From assembly GCF_009914755.1 (NCBI RefSeq), contig NC_060925.1: a stretch of 64,000 nucleotides of DNA. One strand, given 5' to 3'. Below are positions 40,743-54,989 of this stretch, piece after piece. Every line of letters starts with the position of its first letter. Positions within the stretch are counted from its first letter, which is position 1. Made by a program: the position numbers and the translations under genes. The notes beneath the pieces were generated by a model. The model was given only the letters and a program-made list of their open reading frames with translations. It had not been told where the DNA came from and did not search any database. The stretch comes from the human T2T-CHM13v2.0 reference genome, Homo sapiens.

Positions 40743-43700
40743 GTCTCTGTCTCTCTCTCTCTCTCTCTCTGTCTTTCTCTTTCATTGTTTTCTACCTGGC
40801 CCTGTTCTATCCCAACATAAAGGCAATAATTTGTTACCTCATTAATGGATCTGTCCTTTTTCTTTTCAAACTCTTCCTTAACGTTAGCCATGAAATCTAG
40901 CTGGGGCTGTGCGGTTTCTGATTCCCCCTGGCTTATTCTTTACTTTTTCCCACTTTTCCAGGCTCAGCAGGGAGCTGCTGGATGAGAAAGGGCCTGAAGT
41001 CTTGCAGGACTCACTGGATAGATGTTATTCAACTCCTTCAGGTTGTCTTGAACTGACTGACTCATGCCAGCCCTACAGAAGTGCCTTTTACATATTGGAG
41101 CAACAGTGTGTTGGCTTGGCTGTTGACATGGATGGTGAGTACCTTTCTATGAAGGTGATAAGGATCCACTGAGTCTTCTGGTTAGGGTCATATTCCTACT
41201 GCAAGTGGCCCTTACTGAGCTGAGAGATGTCATTGCCACAGGGAGGACCTATAGGCACATGTAGGTTGAATGAAACTCTAGTTCCACTTGGCAGCCCAGA
41301 CAAGGGATGGGTCAGTGAGCAAGGCTCTCTCCCTAGTCTCAGGCCATGCCTGTGGCGCCCTAATCCTACTCTCATGACATTGGACCTGGGCAGATGTGAC
41401 AAATTCACACAACTCTGATTTTGTCTCAATTTTGTAGATCTTGTAGATTTCATCCTTCACTCTAATTTCAGCGTCTAAAATCCTCGCTACCATGAACAAT
41501 CTGAGTATTTGATGAGACAGGGCTGAATAGTGCAGTTTTTCTCCTAGCAACCATTTGGGGGTATTTGCTTTAAATCGATTGGAAAAATATGGCATAACCA
41601 TTTGCACAAACTTGGGACAAATGATATTGGGATAACGATCTACCAGAATAGGGAATTTTACCCACAGTTTCTGGGACAAAAACCAAGGAATCTCTATGGT
41701 GATCAGCCTTCAGGCCTCCTGAAGAATATCTCTCACAGTGTCCTATTCTCATGCTGAGGAGCCTGAAGTCCCTGTGTGAGGATTAGACAGTGGATTGTTA
41801 TGTGTGTAGGAGAACCAGCTTCATATGTCTGTCCATGTCTGAACTTATTGCAGAAATTGAAAAGTACCAAGAAGTGGAAGAAGACCAAGACCCATCATGC
41901 CCCAGGTAACTTTGAGCAATTATGGATGCTTAATTCTGTGTTGACACCTGGAGATGCCAGGTCCAGGGAAAACAAGAGTGTGTTCAATTTCATGTTTTCA
42001 ACGAAGGTTGAATTACTCCTACTGACATGGCTGTTGGTTTTCATTGCAGTAGATGTTTAGGTTTCCATTTCTTCCTCCCCTTAACATTTACTAACTTACT
42101 ATAGGTTGACCATACCTCAAAGGCTGTATGGCAACTGCATGGAATCTTGAGCAAGTTTATGGAAAATTATTGAGCCCACTCTTTTCATGATCACTGTTCG
42201 CTGTGTGTCCCGAGGGCACTAACTCAGAGTGTCCTTTGACCCCTTCATCAGTGTGTCACCCGGCCAACTCGCTGAGCTCACTTTCTCCTCTCTCTCTCTC
42301 TCTCTCCCTCTCCCTGTCTTTCTCTTTCATTCTTTTCTACCTGGCCCTGGTCTATCCCAACATAAAGGCAATAATTCATTACCTCATTAATGGATCTGTC
42401 CTTTTTCTTTTTAAACAGTTCCTTATGTTAGCCATGAAATCTAGCTGGGGCTGTGTGGTTTCTGATTCCCCCTGGCTTATTCTTTACTTTTTCCTACTTT
42501 TCCAGGCTCAGCAGGGAGCTGCTGGATGAGAAAGAGCCTGAAGTCTTGCAGGACTCACTGGATAGATGTTATTCGACTCCTTCAGGTTATCTTGAACTGC
42601 CTGACTTAGGCCAGCCCTACAGCAGTGCTGTTTACTCATTGGAGGAACAGTACCTTGGCTTGGCTCTTGACGTGGACAGTGAGTACCTTACTATGAAGGT
42701 GATAAGCCTCCACCTGGTCTTCCAGATAGGGGTGATATTCCTGTTCCAAGTGGCCCTTACTGACCCGAGAGATGTCATTGCCGCAGGCAGGACCTATGGG
42801 CGCATATAGGTTGTAATGAAACTGTAGTCTCAGTTGGAAGCCTAGACATGAAATGGGTCAGTGAGCAAGGCTCTATTCCTAGTCTCCAGCCATGCCTGTG
42901 GCAACCTGAGCCCGCTCTCAGCACATTGGACCCAGGCAGATGCAAAAAATTCACAGAACTATGATTTGGACTCAAGGGTTTGTGGATTTCCTCCTTCATT
43001 CTAATTTCAGTGTCTAAAATTCTTGCATCCATGAACGAGCTGGGCATTTGATGAGACAGGGCTGAATACTGCAGTTTTCCTCCTAGAAATCATCTGGGGC
43101 ATTTTCTTTGAACTGATGGGAACAATAAGGCATAACTGTTTGCACAAACTTGGGATAAGTGATTTTGGGATAACGATCTACCAGAATGGGGATATTTCAC
43201 CCTTGGTTCTGAGATGCAAACCAAAGAATATCATGACCAGCTTTCAGGCCTCCTGAAGTATATCTCTCACATTGTCCTGTTCTCATGCTGAGGAGCCTGA
43301 GATCCCTGTGTGGGGATTAGACAGTGGACTGTTATGGGTGTAGGTGAATTGGCTTATTTTGTCTGTCCCTGTCTGAATGTATTGCAGGAATTAAAAAGGA
43401 CCAAGAAGAGGAAGAAGACCAAGGCCCACCATGCCCCAGGTAACTGAGCAATTGTGAACAGCTACTTCTGTGTTGACATCTGGAGACTCCTGGTTCAGGG
43501 AAAACAGAGCGGGCTGACATTATCGATTACATCTTTTCAAGCAAGCCTGAATTATTCCTACTAACATTGCTGTTGGTTTTCATTGCAGTAGATATTTAGG
43601 TTTCCATTTCTTCCTCCCCTTATCATTTACTAACCTACTGTACGTGGACCAGACTTCAAAAACTGTATTCTCATGGCGACTGCGTGGAAACTTGAGCACA

Positions 43701-45444
43701 TTTTATGGAAAATTATTGAGCACAGTCTTTTCATGATCACTGTATGCTGTGTGTCCTGAGGGCACTAACTCAGAGTGTCCTGTTACTCCCTCATCAGTGT
43801 GTCACCTGGACAATTCACTGAGCTCGTTCTCTCTCTCTGTGTGTGTGTGTCTGTGTGTGTGTGTGTGTCTATCTGTCTTTCTCTTTCATTCTTTTCCATT
43901 TGGCCCTGTTCTGTCCCAACATGAAGGCAATAATTTGTTACCTCATTAATGGATCTATCCTTTTAGTTTCTTAACCACTTCCCTATGCTACCCATGAAAC
44001 CTAGTTGGGGCTCTGTTGTGTGTGATTTCCCCTGGCTTATTCTTTACTTTTTCCTCCTTTTCCAGGCTCAGCAGGGAGCTGCTGGAGGTAGTAGAGCCTG
44101 AAGTCTTGCAGGACTCACTGGATAGATGTTATTCAACTCCTTCCAGTTGTCTTGAACAGCCTGACTCCTGCCAGCCCTATGGAAGTTCCTTTTATGCATT
44201 GGAGGAAAAACATGTTGGCTTTTCTCTTGACGTGGGAGGTGAGTACCTTTCTATGAAGGTGATAAGCATCCACTGAGTCTTCCATATAAAGATCATATTC
44301 CTGCTCCAAGTGGCCATTACTGAGCTGAGAGATGTCGTTGCCGCAGTGAGGACCTATAGGCACATGTAGGTTGAATGAAACTCTAGTTCTACCTGGAAGC
44401 CCAGACAAGGGATGGGTCAGTGAGCAAGACTCTCTTCCTAGTCTCAGGCCATACCTGTGGCGCCCTGATCCTATTCTCATGACATTGGACCTGGGCAGAT
44501 GTGACAAATTCAGAGAACTATGATTTTGACTCAAGGGTTTGTAGATTTCCTTTTTCACTCTAATTTCAGTGTCTAAAGTCCTCACAACCATGAACAATCT
44601 GAGTATTTGATGAGACAGGGCTAAATATTGCAGTTTTTCTCCTAGAAATCATTTGAGGGTATTTGCTTTAAATTGATTGGAAAAATATGGCATAACTGTT
44701 TGCACAAACTTGGGACAAATGATATTGGGATAACGATCTACTAGAATAGGGACATTTTACCCACAGTTTCTGGGAGAAAAACCGAGGAATTTCTATCATG
44801 ACCAGCCTTCAGGCCTCCTGAAATATATCTCTCACAGTGTCCTATTCTTATGCTGAGGAGCCTGAGGTCCCTGTGTGAGGATTAGACAGTGGATTGTTAT
44901 GTGTGTAGGGGAATCAGCTTAATGTGTCTGTCCATGTCTGAATTTATTGCAGAAATTGAAAAGAAGGGGAAGGGGAAGAAAAGAAGGGGAAGAAGATCAA
45001 AGAAGGAAAGAAGAAGGGGAAGAAAAGAAGGGGAAGAAGATCAAAACCCACCATGCCCCAGGTGACTTTCAGCAATTGTGGATGCTTAATTCTGTGTTAA
45101 CACCTGGAGGCAACAGATTCAGGGAAACCAGAGTGTGTTTGATGTCATGTTTTCAACGAAGGCTGAATTACTCCTACTGTCATTGCTGTTGGTTTTCATT
45201 GCAGTAGATGTTTAGGTTTCCATTTCTTCCTCCCCTTATCATTTACTAACGTACCATAGGTTGACCATACTTCAAAAGCTGTACTCTCATGGCCACTGCA
45301 TCGAATTTTGAGCATATTTTATGGAAAACTATTGAGCTCACTCTTTTCATGATCACAGTTTGCTGTGTGTCATGAGGGCACTAACTCAGAGTGTCCTTTT
45401 ACTCCCTTACCAGTATGTCACCTGGCCAATTCACTAGGTCACTT

Positions 45445-45475
<31 letters not shown>

Positions 45476-48400
45476 GTCTCTGTCTCTCTCTCTCTCTCTG
45501 TCTTTCTCTTTCATTGTTTTCTACCTGGCCCTGTTCTATCCCAACATAAAGGCAATAATTTGTTACCTCATTAATGGATCTGTCCTTTTTCTTTTCAAAC
45601 TCTTCCTTAACGTTAGCCATGAAATCTAGCTGGGGCTGTGTGGTTTCTGATTCCCCCTGGCTTATTCTTTACTTTTTCCCACTTTTCCAGGCTCAGCAGG
45701 GAGCTGCTGGATGAGAAAGGGCCTGAAGTCTTGCAGGACTCACTGGATAGATGTTATTCAACTCCTTCAGGTTGTCTTGAACTGACTGACTCATGCCAGC
45801 CCTACAGAAGTGCCTTTTACATATTGGAGCAACAGTGTGTTGGCTTGGCTGTTGACATGGATGGTGAGTACCTTTCTATGAAGGTGATAAGGATCCACTG
45901 AGTCTTCTGGTTAGGGTCATATTCCTACTGCAAGTGGCCCTTACTGAGCTGAGAGATGTCATTGCCACAGGGAGGACCTATAGGCACATGTAGGTTGAAT
46001 GAAACTCTAGTTCCACTTGGCAGCCCAGACAAGGGATGGGTCAGTGAGCAAGGCTCTCTCCCTAGTCTCAGGCCATGCCTGTGGAGCCCTAATCCTACTC
46101 TCATGACACTGGACCTGGGCAGATGTGACAAATTCACACAACTCTGATTTTGTCTCAATTTTGTAGATCTTGTAGATTTCATCCTTCACTCTAATTTCAG
46201 CGTCTAAAATCCTCGCTACCATGAACAATCTGAGTATTTGATGAGACAGGGCTGAATAGTGCAGTTTTTCTCCTAGCAACCATTTGGGGGTATTTGCTTT
46301 AAATCGATTGGAAAAATATGGCATAACCATTTGCACAAACTTGGGACAAATGATATTGGGATAACGATCTACCAGAATAGGGAATTTTACCCACAGTTTC
46401 TGGGACAAAAACCAAGGAATCTCTATGGTGATCAGCCTTCAGGCCTCCTGAAGAATATCTCTCACAGTGTCCTATTCTCATGCTGAGGAGCCTGAAGTCC
46501 CTGTGTGAGGATTAGACAGTGGATTGTTATGTGTGTAGGAGAACCAGCTTCATATGTCTGTCCATGTCTGAACTTATTGCAGAAATTGAAAAGTACCAAG
46601 AAGTGGAAGAAGACCAAGACCCATCATGCCCCAGGTAACTTTGAGCAATTATGGATGCTTAATTCTGTGTTGACACCTGGAGATGCCAGGTCCAGGGAAA
46701 ACAAGAGTGTGTTCAATTTCATGTTTTCAACGAAGGTTGAATTACTCCTACTGACATGGCTGTTGGTTTTCATTGCAGTAGATGTTTAGGTTTCCATTTC
46801 TTCCTCCCCTTAACATTTACTAACTTACTATAGGTTGACCATACCTCAAAGGCTGTATGGCAACTGCATGGAATCTTGAGCAAGTTTATGGAAAATTATT
46901 GAGCCCACTCTTTTCATGATCACTGTTCGCTGTGTGTCCCGAGGGCACTAACTCAGAGTGTCCTTTGACCCCTTCATCAGTGTGTCACCCGGCCAACTCG
47001 CTGAGCTCACTTTCTCCTCTCTCTCTCTCTCTCTCTCCCTCTCCCTGTCTTTCTCTTTCATTCTTCTCTACCTGGCCCTGGTCTATCCCAACATAAAGGC
47101 AATAATTCATTACCTCATTAATGGATCTGTCCTTTTTCTTTTTAAACAGTTCCTTATGTTAGCCATGAAATCTAGCTGGGGCTGTGTGGTTTCTGATTCC
47201 CCCTGGCTTATTCTTTACTTTTTCCTACTTTTCCAGGCTCAGCAGGGAGCTGCTGGATGAGAAAGAGCCTGAAGTCTTGCAGGACTCACTGGATAGATGT
47301 TATTCGATTCCTTCAGGTTATCTTGAACTGCCTGACTTAGGCCAGCCCTACAGCAGTGCTGTTTACTCATTGGAGGAACAGTACCTTGGCTTGGCTCTTG
47401 ACGTGGACAGTGAGTACCTTACTATGAAGGTGATAAGCCTCCACCTGGTCTTCCAGATAGGGGTGATATTCCTGTTCCAAGTGGCCCTTACTGACCCGAG
47501 AGATGTCATTGCCGCAGGCAGGACCTGTGGGCGCATATAGGTTGTAATGAAACTGTAGTCTCAGTTGGAAGCCTAGACATGAAATGGGTCAGTGAGCAAG
47601 GCTCTATTCCTAGTCTCCAGCCATGCCTGTGGCAACCTGAGCCCGCTCTCAGCACATTGGACCCAGGCAGATGCAAAAAATTCACAGAACTATGATTTGG
47701 ACTCAAGGGTTTGTAGATTTCCTCCTTCATTCTAATTTCAGTGTCTAAAATTCTTGCATCCATGAACGAGCTGGGCATTTGATGAGACAGGGCTGAATAC
47801 TGCAGTTTTCCTCCTAGAAATCATCTGGGGCATTTTCTTTGAACTGATGGGAACAATAAGGCATAACTGTTTGCACAAACTTGGGATAAGTGATTTTGGG
47901 ATAACGATCTACCAGAATGGGGATATTTCACCCTTGGTTCTGAGATGCAAACCAAAGAATATCATGACCAGCTTTCAGGCCTCCTGAAGTATATCTCTCA
48001 CATTGTCCTGTTCTCATGCTGAGGAGCCTGAGATCCCTGTGTGGGGATTAGACAGTGGACTGTTATGGGTGTAGGTGAATTGGCTTATTTTGTCTGTCCC
48101 TGTCTGAATGTATTGCAGGAATTAAAAAGGACCAAGAAGAGGAAGAAGACCAAGGCCCACCATGCCCCAGGTAACTGAGCAATTGTGAACAGCTACTTCT
48201 GTGTTGACATCTGGAGACTACTGGTTCAGGGAAAACAGAGCGGGCTGACATTATCGATTACATCTTTTCAAGCAAGCCTGAATTATTCCTACTAACATTG
48301 CTGTTGGTTTTCATTGCAGTAGATATTTAGGTTTCCATTTCTTCCTCCCCTTATCATTTACTAACCTACTGTAGGTGGACCAGACTTCAAAAACTGTATT

Positions 48401-48558
48401 CTCATGGCGACTGCGTGGAAACTTGAGCACATTTTATGGAAAATTATTGAGCACAGTCTTTTCATGATCACTGTATGCTGTGTGTCCTGAGGGCACTAAC
48501 TCAGAGTGTCCTGTTACTCCCTCATCAGTGTGTCACCTGGACAATTCACTGAGCTCGT

Positions 48559-48623
<65 letters not shown>

Positions 48624-50199
48624 CCATCTGTCTTTCTCTTTCATTCTTTTCCATTTGGCCCTGTTCTGTCCCAACATGAAGGCAATAATTTGTTACCTCA
48701 TTAATGGATCTATCCTTTTAGTTTCTTAACCACTTCCCTATGCTACCCATGAAACCTAGTTGGGGCTCTGTTGTGTGTGATTTCCCCTGGCTTATTCTTT
48801 ACTTTTTCCTCCTTTTCCAGGCTCAGCAGGGAGCTGCTGGAGGTAGTAGAGCCTGAAGTCTTGCAGGACTCACTGGATAGATGTTATTCAACTCCTTCCA
48901 GTTGTCTTGAACAGCCTGACTCCTGCCAGCCCTATGGAAGTTCCTTTTATGCATTGGAGGAAAAACATGTTGGCTTTTCTCTTGACGTGGGAGGTGAGTA
49001 CCTTTCTATGAAGGTGATAAGCATCCACTGAGTCTTCCATATAAAGATCATATTCCTGCTCCAAGTGGCCATTACTGAGCTGAGAGATGTCGTTGCCGCA
49101 GTGAGGACCTATAGGCACATGTAGGTTGAATGAAACTCTAGTTCTACCTGGAAGCCCAGACAAGGGATGGGTCAGTGAGCAAGACTCTCTTCCTAGTCTC
49201 AGGCCATACCTGTGGCGCCCTGATCCTATTCTCATGACATTGGACCTGGGCAGATGTGACAAATTCAGAGAACTATGATTTTGACTCAAGGGTTTGTAGA
49301 TTTCCTTTTTCACTCTAATTTCAGTGTCTAAAGTCCTCACAACCATGAACAATCTGAGTATTTGATGAGACAGGGCTAAATATTGCAGTTTTTCTCCTAG
49401 AAATCATTTGAGGGTATTTGCTTTAAATTGATTGGAAAAATATGGCATAACTGTTTGCACAAACTTGGGACAAATGATATTGGGATAACGATCTACTAGA
49501 ATAGGGACATTTTACCCACAGTTTCTGGGAGAAAAACCGAGGAATTTCTATCATGACCAGCCTTCAGGCCTCCTGAAATATATCTCTCACAGTGTCCTAT
49601 TCTTATGCTGAGGAGCCTGAGGTCCCTGTGTGAGGATTAGACAGTGGATTGTTATGTGTGTAGGGGAATCAGCTTAATGTGTCTGTCCATGTCTGAATTT
49701 ATTGCAGAAATTGAAAAGAAGGGGAAGGGGAAGAAAAGAAGGGGAAGAAGATCAAAGAAGGAAAGAAGAAGGGGAAGAAAAGAAGGGGAAGAAGATCAAA
49801 ACCCACCATGCCCCAGGTGACTTTCAGCAATTGTGGATGCTTAATTCTGTGTTAACACCTGGAGGCAACAGATTCAGGGAAACCAGAGTGTGTTTGATGT
49901 CATGTTTTCAACGAAGGCTGAATTACTCCTACTGTCATTGCTGTTGGTTTTCATTGCAGTAGATGTTTAGGTTTCCATTTCTTCCTCCCCTTATCATTTA
50001 CTAACGTACCATAGGTTGACCATACTTCAAAAGCTGTACTCTCATGGCCACTGCATCGAATTTTGAGCATATTTTATGGAAAACTATTGAGCTCACTCTT
50101 TTCATGATCACAGTTTGCTGTGTGTCATGAGGGCACTAACTCAGAGTGTCCTTTTACTCCCTTACCAGTATGTCACCTGGCCAATTCACTAGGTCACTT

Positions 50200-50230
<31 letters not shown>

Positions 50231-53200
50231 GTCTCTGTCTCTCTCTCTCTCTCTCTCTGTCTTTCTCTTTCATTGTTTTCTACCTGGCCCTGTTCTATCC
50301 CAACATAAAGGCAATAATTTGTTACCTCATTAATGGATCTGTCCTTTTTCTTTTCAAACTCTTCCTTAACGTTAGCCATGAAATCTAGCTGGGGCTGTGT
50401 GGTTTCTGATTCCCCCTGGCTTATTCTTTACTTTTTCCCACTTTTCCAGGCTCAGCAGGGAGCTGCTGGATGAGAAAGGGCCTGAAGTCTTGCAGGACTC
50501 ACTGGATAGATGTTATTCAACTCCTTCAGGTTGTCTTGAACTGACTGACTCATGCCAGCCCTACAGAAGTGCCTTTTACATATTGGAGCAACAGTGTGTT
50601 GGCTTGGCTGTTGACATGGATGGTGAGTACCTTTCTATGAAGGTGATAAGGATCCACTGAGTCTTCTGGTTAGGGTCATATTCCTACTGCAAGTGGCCCT
50701 TACTGAGCTGAGAGATGTCATTGCCACAGGGAGGACCTATAGGCACATGTAGGTTGAATGAAACTCTAGTTCCACTTGGCAGCCCAGACAAGGGATGGGT
50801 CAGTGAGCAAGGCTCTCTCCCTAGTCTCAGGCCATGCCTGTGGAGCCCTAATCCTACTCTCATGACACTGGACCTGGGCAGATGTGACAAATTCACACAA
50901 CTCTGATTTTGTCTCAATTTTGTAGATCTTGTAGATTTCATCCTTCACTCTAATTTCAGCGTCTAAAATCCTCGCTACCATGAACAATCTGAGTATTTGA
51001 TGAGACAGGGCTGAATAGTGCAGTTTTTCTCCTAGCAACCATTTGGGGGTATTTGCTTTAAATCGATTGGAAAAATATGGCATAACCATTTGCACAAACT
51101 TGGGACAAATGATATTGGGATAACGATCTACCAGAATAGGGAATTTTACCCACAGTTTCTGGGACAAAAACCAAGGAATCTCTATGGTGATCAGCCTTCA
51201 GGCCTCCTGAAGAATATCTCTCACAGTGTCCTATTCTCATGCTGAGGAGCCTGAAGTCCCTGTGTGAGGATTAGACAGTGGATTGTTATGTGTGTAGGAG
51301 AACCAGCTTCATATGTCTGTCCATGTCTGAACTTATTGCAGAAATTGAAAAGTACCAAGAAGTGGAAGAAGACCAAGACCCATCATGCCCCAGGTAACTT
51401 TGAGCAATTATGGATGCTTAATTCTGTGTTGACACCTGGAGATGCCAGGTCCAGGGAAAACAAGAGTGTGTTCAATTTCATGTTTTCAACGAAGGTTGAA
51501 TTACTCCTACTGACATGGCTGTTGGTTTTCATTGCAGTAGATGTTTAGGTTTCCATTTCTTCCTCCCCTTAACATTTACTAACTTACTATAGGTTGACCA
51601 TACCTCAAAGGCTGTATGGCAACTGCATGGAATCTTGAGCAAGTTTATGGAAAATTATTGAGCCCACTCTTTTCATGATCACTGTTCGCTGTGTGTCCCG
51701 AGGGCACTAACTCAGAGTGTCCTTTGACCCCTTCATCAGTGTGTCACCCGGCCAACTCGCTGAGCTCACTTTCTCCTCTCTCTCTCTCTCTCTCTCCCTC
51801 TCCCTGTCTTTCTCTTTCATTCTTTTCTACCTGGCCCTGGTCTATCCCAACATAAAGGCAATAATTCATTACCTCATTAATGGATCTGTCCTTTTTCTTT
51901 TTAAACAGTTCCTTATGTTAGCCATGAAATCTAGCTGGGGCTGTGTGGTTTCTGATTCCCCCTGGCTTATTCTTTACTTTTTCCTACTTTTCCAGGCTCA
52001 GCAGGGAGCTGCTGGATGAGAAAGAGCCTGAAGTCTTGCAGGACTCACTGGATAGATGTTATTCGACTCCTTCAGGTTATCTTGAACTGCCTGACTTAGG
52101 CCAGCCCTACAGCAGTGCTGTTTACTCATTGGAGGAACAGTACCTTGGCTTGGCTCTTGACGTGGACAGTGAGTACCTTACTATGAAGGTGATAAGCCTC
52201 CACCTGGTCTTCCAGATAGGGGTGATATTCCTGTTCCAAGTGGCCCTTACTGACCCGAGAGATGTCATTGCCGCAGGCAGGACCTATGGGCGCATATAGG
52301 TTGTAATGAAACTGTAGTCTCAGTTGGAAGCCTAGACATGAAATGGGTCAGTGAGCAAGGCTCTATTCCTAGTCTCCAGCCATGCCTGTGGCAACCTGAG
52401 CCCGCTCTCAGCACATTGGACCCAGGCAGATGTAAAAAATTCACAGAACTATGATTTGGACTCAAGGGTTTGTGGATTTCCTCCTTCATTCTAATTTCAG
52501 TGTCTAAAATTCTTGCATCCATGAACGAGCTGGGCATTTGATGAGACAGGGCTGAATACTGCAGTTTTCCTCCTAGAAATCATCTGGGGCATTTTCTTTG
52601 AACTGATGGGAACAATAAGGCATAACTGTTTGCACAAACTTGGGATAAGTGATTTTGGGATAACGATCTACCAGAATGGGGATATTTCACCCTTGGTTCT
52701 GAGATGCAAACCAAAGAATATCATGACCAGCTTTCAGGCCTCCTGAAGTATATCTCTCACATTGTCCTGTTCTCATGCTGAGGAGCCTGAGATCCCTGTG
52801 TGGGGATTAGACAGTGGACTGTTATGGGTGTAGGTGAATTGGCTTATTTTGTCTGTCCCTGTCTGAATGTATTGCAGGAATTAAAAAGGACCAAGAAGAG
52901 GAAGAAGACCAAGGCCCACCATGCCCCAGGTAACTGAGCAATTGTGAACAGCTACTTCTGTGTTGACATCTGGAGACTCCTGGTTCAGGGAAAACAGAGC
53001 GGGCTGACATTATCGATTACATCTTTTCAAGCAAGCCTGAATTATTCCTACTAACATTGCTGTTGGTTTTCATTGCAGTAGATATTTAGGTTTCCATTTC
53101 TTCCTCCCCTTATCATTTACTAACCTACTGTAGGTGGACCAGACTTCAAAAACTGTATTCTCATGGCGACTGCGTGGAAACTTGAGCACATTTTATGGAA

Positions 53201-53317
53201 AATTATTGAGCACAGTCTTTTCATGATCACTGTATGCTGTGTGTCCTGAGGGCACTAACTCAGAGTGTCCTGTTACTCCCTCATCAGTGTGTCACCTGGA
53301 CAATTCACTGAGCTCGT

Positions 53318-53383
<66 letters not shown>

Positions 53384-54958
53384 TATCTGTCTTTCTCTTT
53401 CATTCTTTTCCATTTGGCCCTGTTCTGTCCCAACATGAAGGCAATAATTTGTTACCTCATTAATGGATCTATCCTTTTAGTTTCTTAACCACTTCCCTAT
53501 GCTACCCATGAAACCTAGTTGGGGCTCTGTTGTGTGTGATTTCCCCTGGCTTATTCTTTACTTTTTCCTCCTTTTCCAGGCTCAGCAGGGAGCTGCTGGA
53601 GGTAGTAGAGCCTGAAGTCTTGCAGGACTCACTGGATAGATGTTATTCAACTCCTTCCAGTTGTCTTGAACAGCCTGACTCCTGCCAGCCCTATGGAAGT
53701 TCCTTTTATGCATTGGAGGAAAAACATGTTGGCTTTTCTCTTGACGTGGGAGGTGAGTACCTTTCTATGAAGGTGATAAGCATCCACTGAGTCTTCCATA
53801 TAAAGATCATATTCCTGCTCCAAGTGGCCATTACTGAGCTGAGAGATGTCATTGCCGCAGTGAGGACCTATAGGCACATGTAGGTTGAATGAAACTCTAG
53901 TTCTACCTGGAAGCCCAGACATGGGATGGGTCAGTGAGCATGGCTCTCTTCCTAGTCTCAGGCCATACCTGTGGCACTCTGATTCTACTCTCATGACATT
54001 GGACCTGGGCAGATGTGACAAATTCAGAGAACTATGATTTTGACTCAAGGGTTTGCAGATTTCCTTTTTCACTCTAATTTCAGTGTCTAAAGTCCTCACA
54101 ACCATGAACAATCTGAGTATTTGATGAGACAGGGCTAAATATTGCAGTTTTTCTCCCAGAAATCATTTGAGGGTATTTGCTTTAAATTGATTGGAAAAAT
54201 ATGGCATAACTGTTTGCACAAACTTGGGACAAATGATATTGGGATAACGATCTACTAGAATAGGGACATTTTACCCACAGTTTCTGGGAGAAAAACCGAG
54301 GAATTTCTATCATGACCAGCCTTCAGGCCTCCTGAAATATATCTCTCACAGTGTCCTATTCTTATGCTGAGGAGCCTGAGGTCCCTGTGTGAGGATTAGA
54401 CAGTGGATTGTTATGTGTGTAGGGGAATCAGCTTAATGTGTCTGTCCATGTCTGAATTTATTGCAGAAATTGAAAAGAAGGGGAAGGGGAAGAAAAGAAG
54501 GGGAAGAAGATCAAAGAAGGAAAGAAGAAGGGGAAGAAAAGAAGGGGAAGAAGATCAAAACCCACCATGCCCCAGGTGACTTTCAGCAATTGTGGATGCT
54601 TAATTCTGTGTTAACACCTGGAGGCAACAGATTCAGGGAAACCAGACTGTGTTTGATGTCATGTTTTCAACGAAGGCTGAATTACTCCTACTGTCATTGC
54701 TGTTGGTTTTCATTGCAGTAGATGTTTAGGTTTCCATTTCTTCCTCCCCTTATCATTTACTAACGTACCATAGGTTGACCATACTTCAAAAGCTGTACTC
54801 TCATGGCCACTGCATCGAATTTTGAGCATATTTTATGGAAAACTATTGAGCTCACTCTTTTCATGATCACAGTTTGCTGTGTGTCATGAGGGCACTAACT
54901 CAGAGTGTCCTTTTACTCCCTTACCAGTATGTCACCTGGCCAATTCACTAGGTCACTT

Positions 54959-54989
<31 letters not shown>

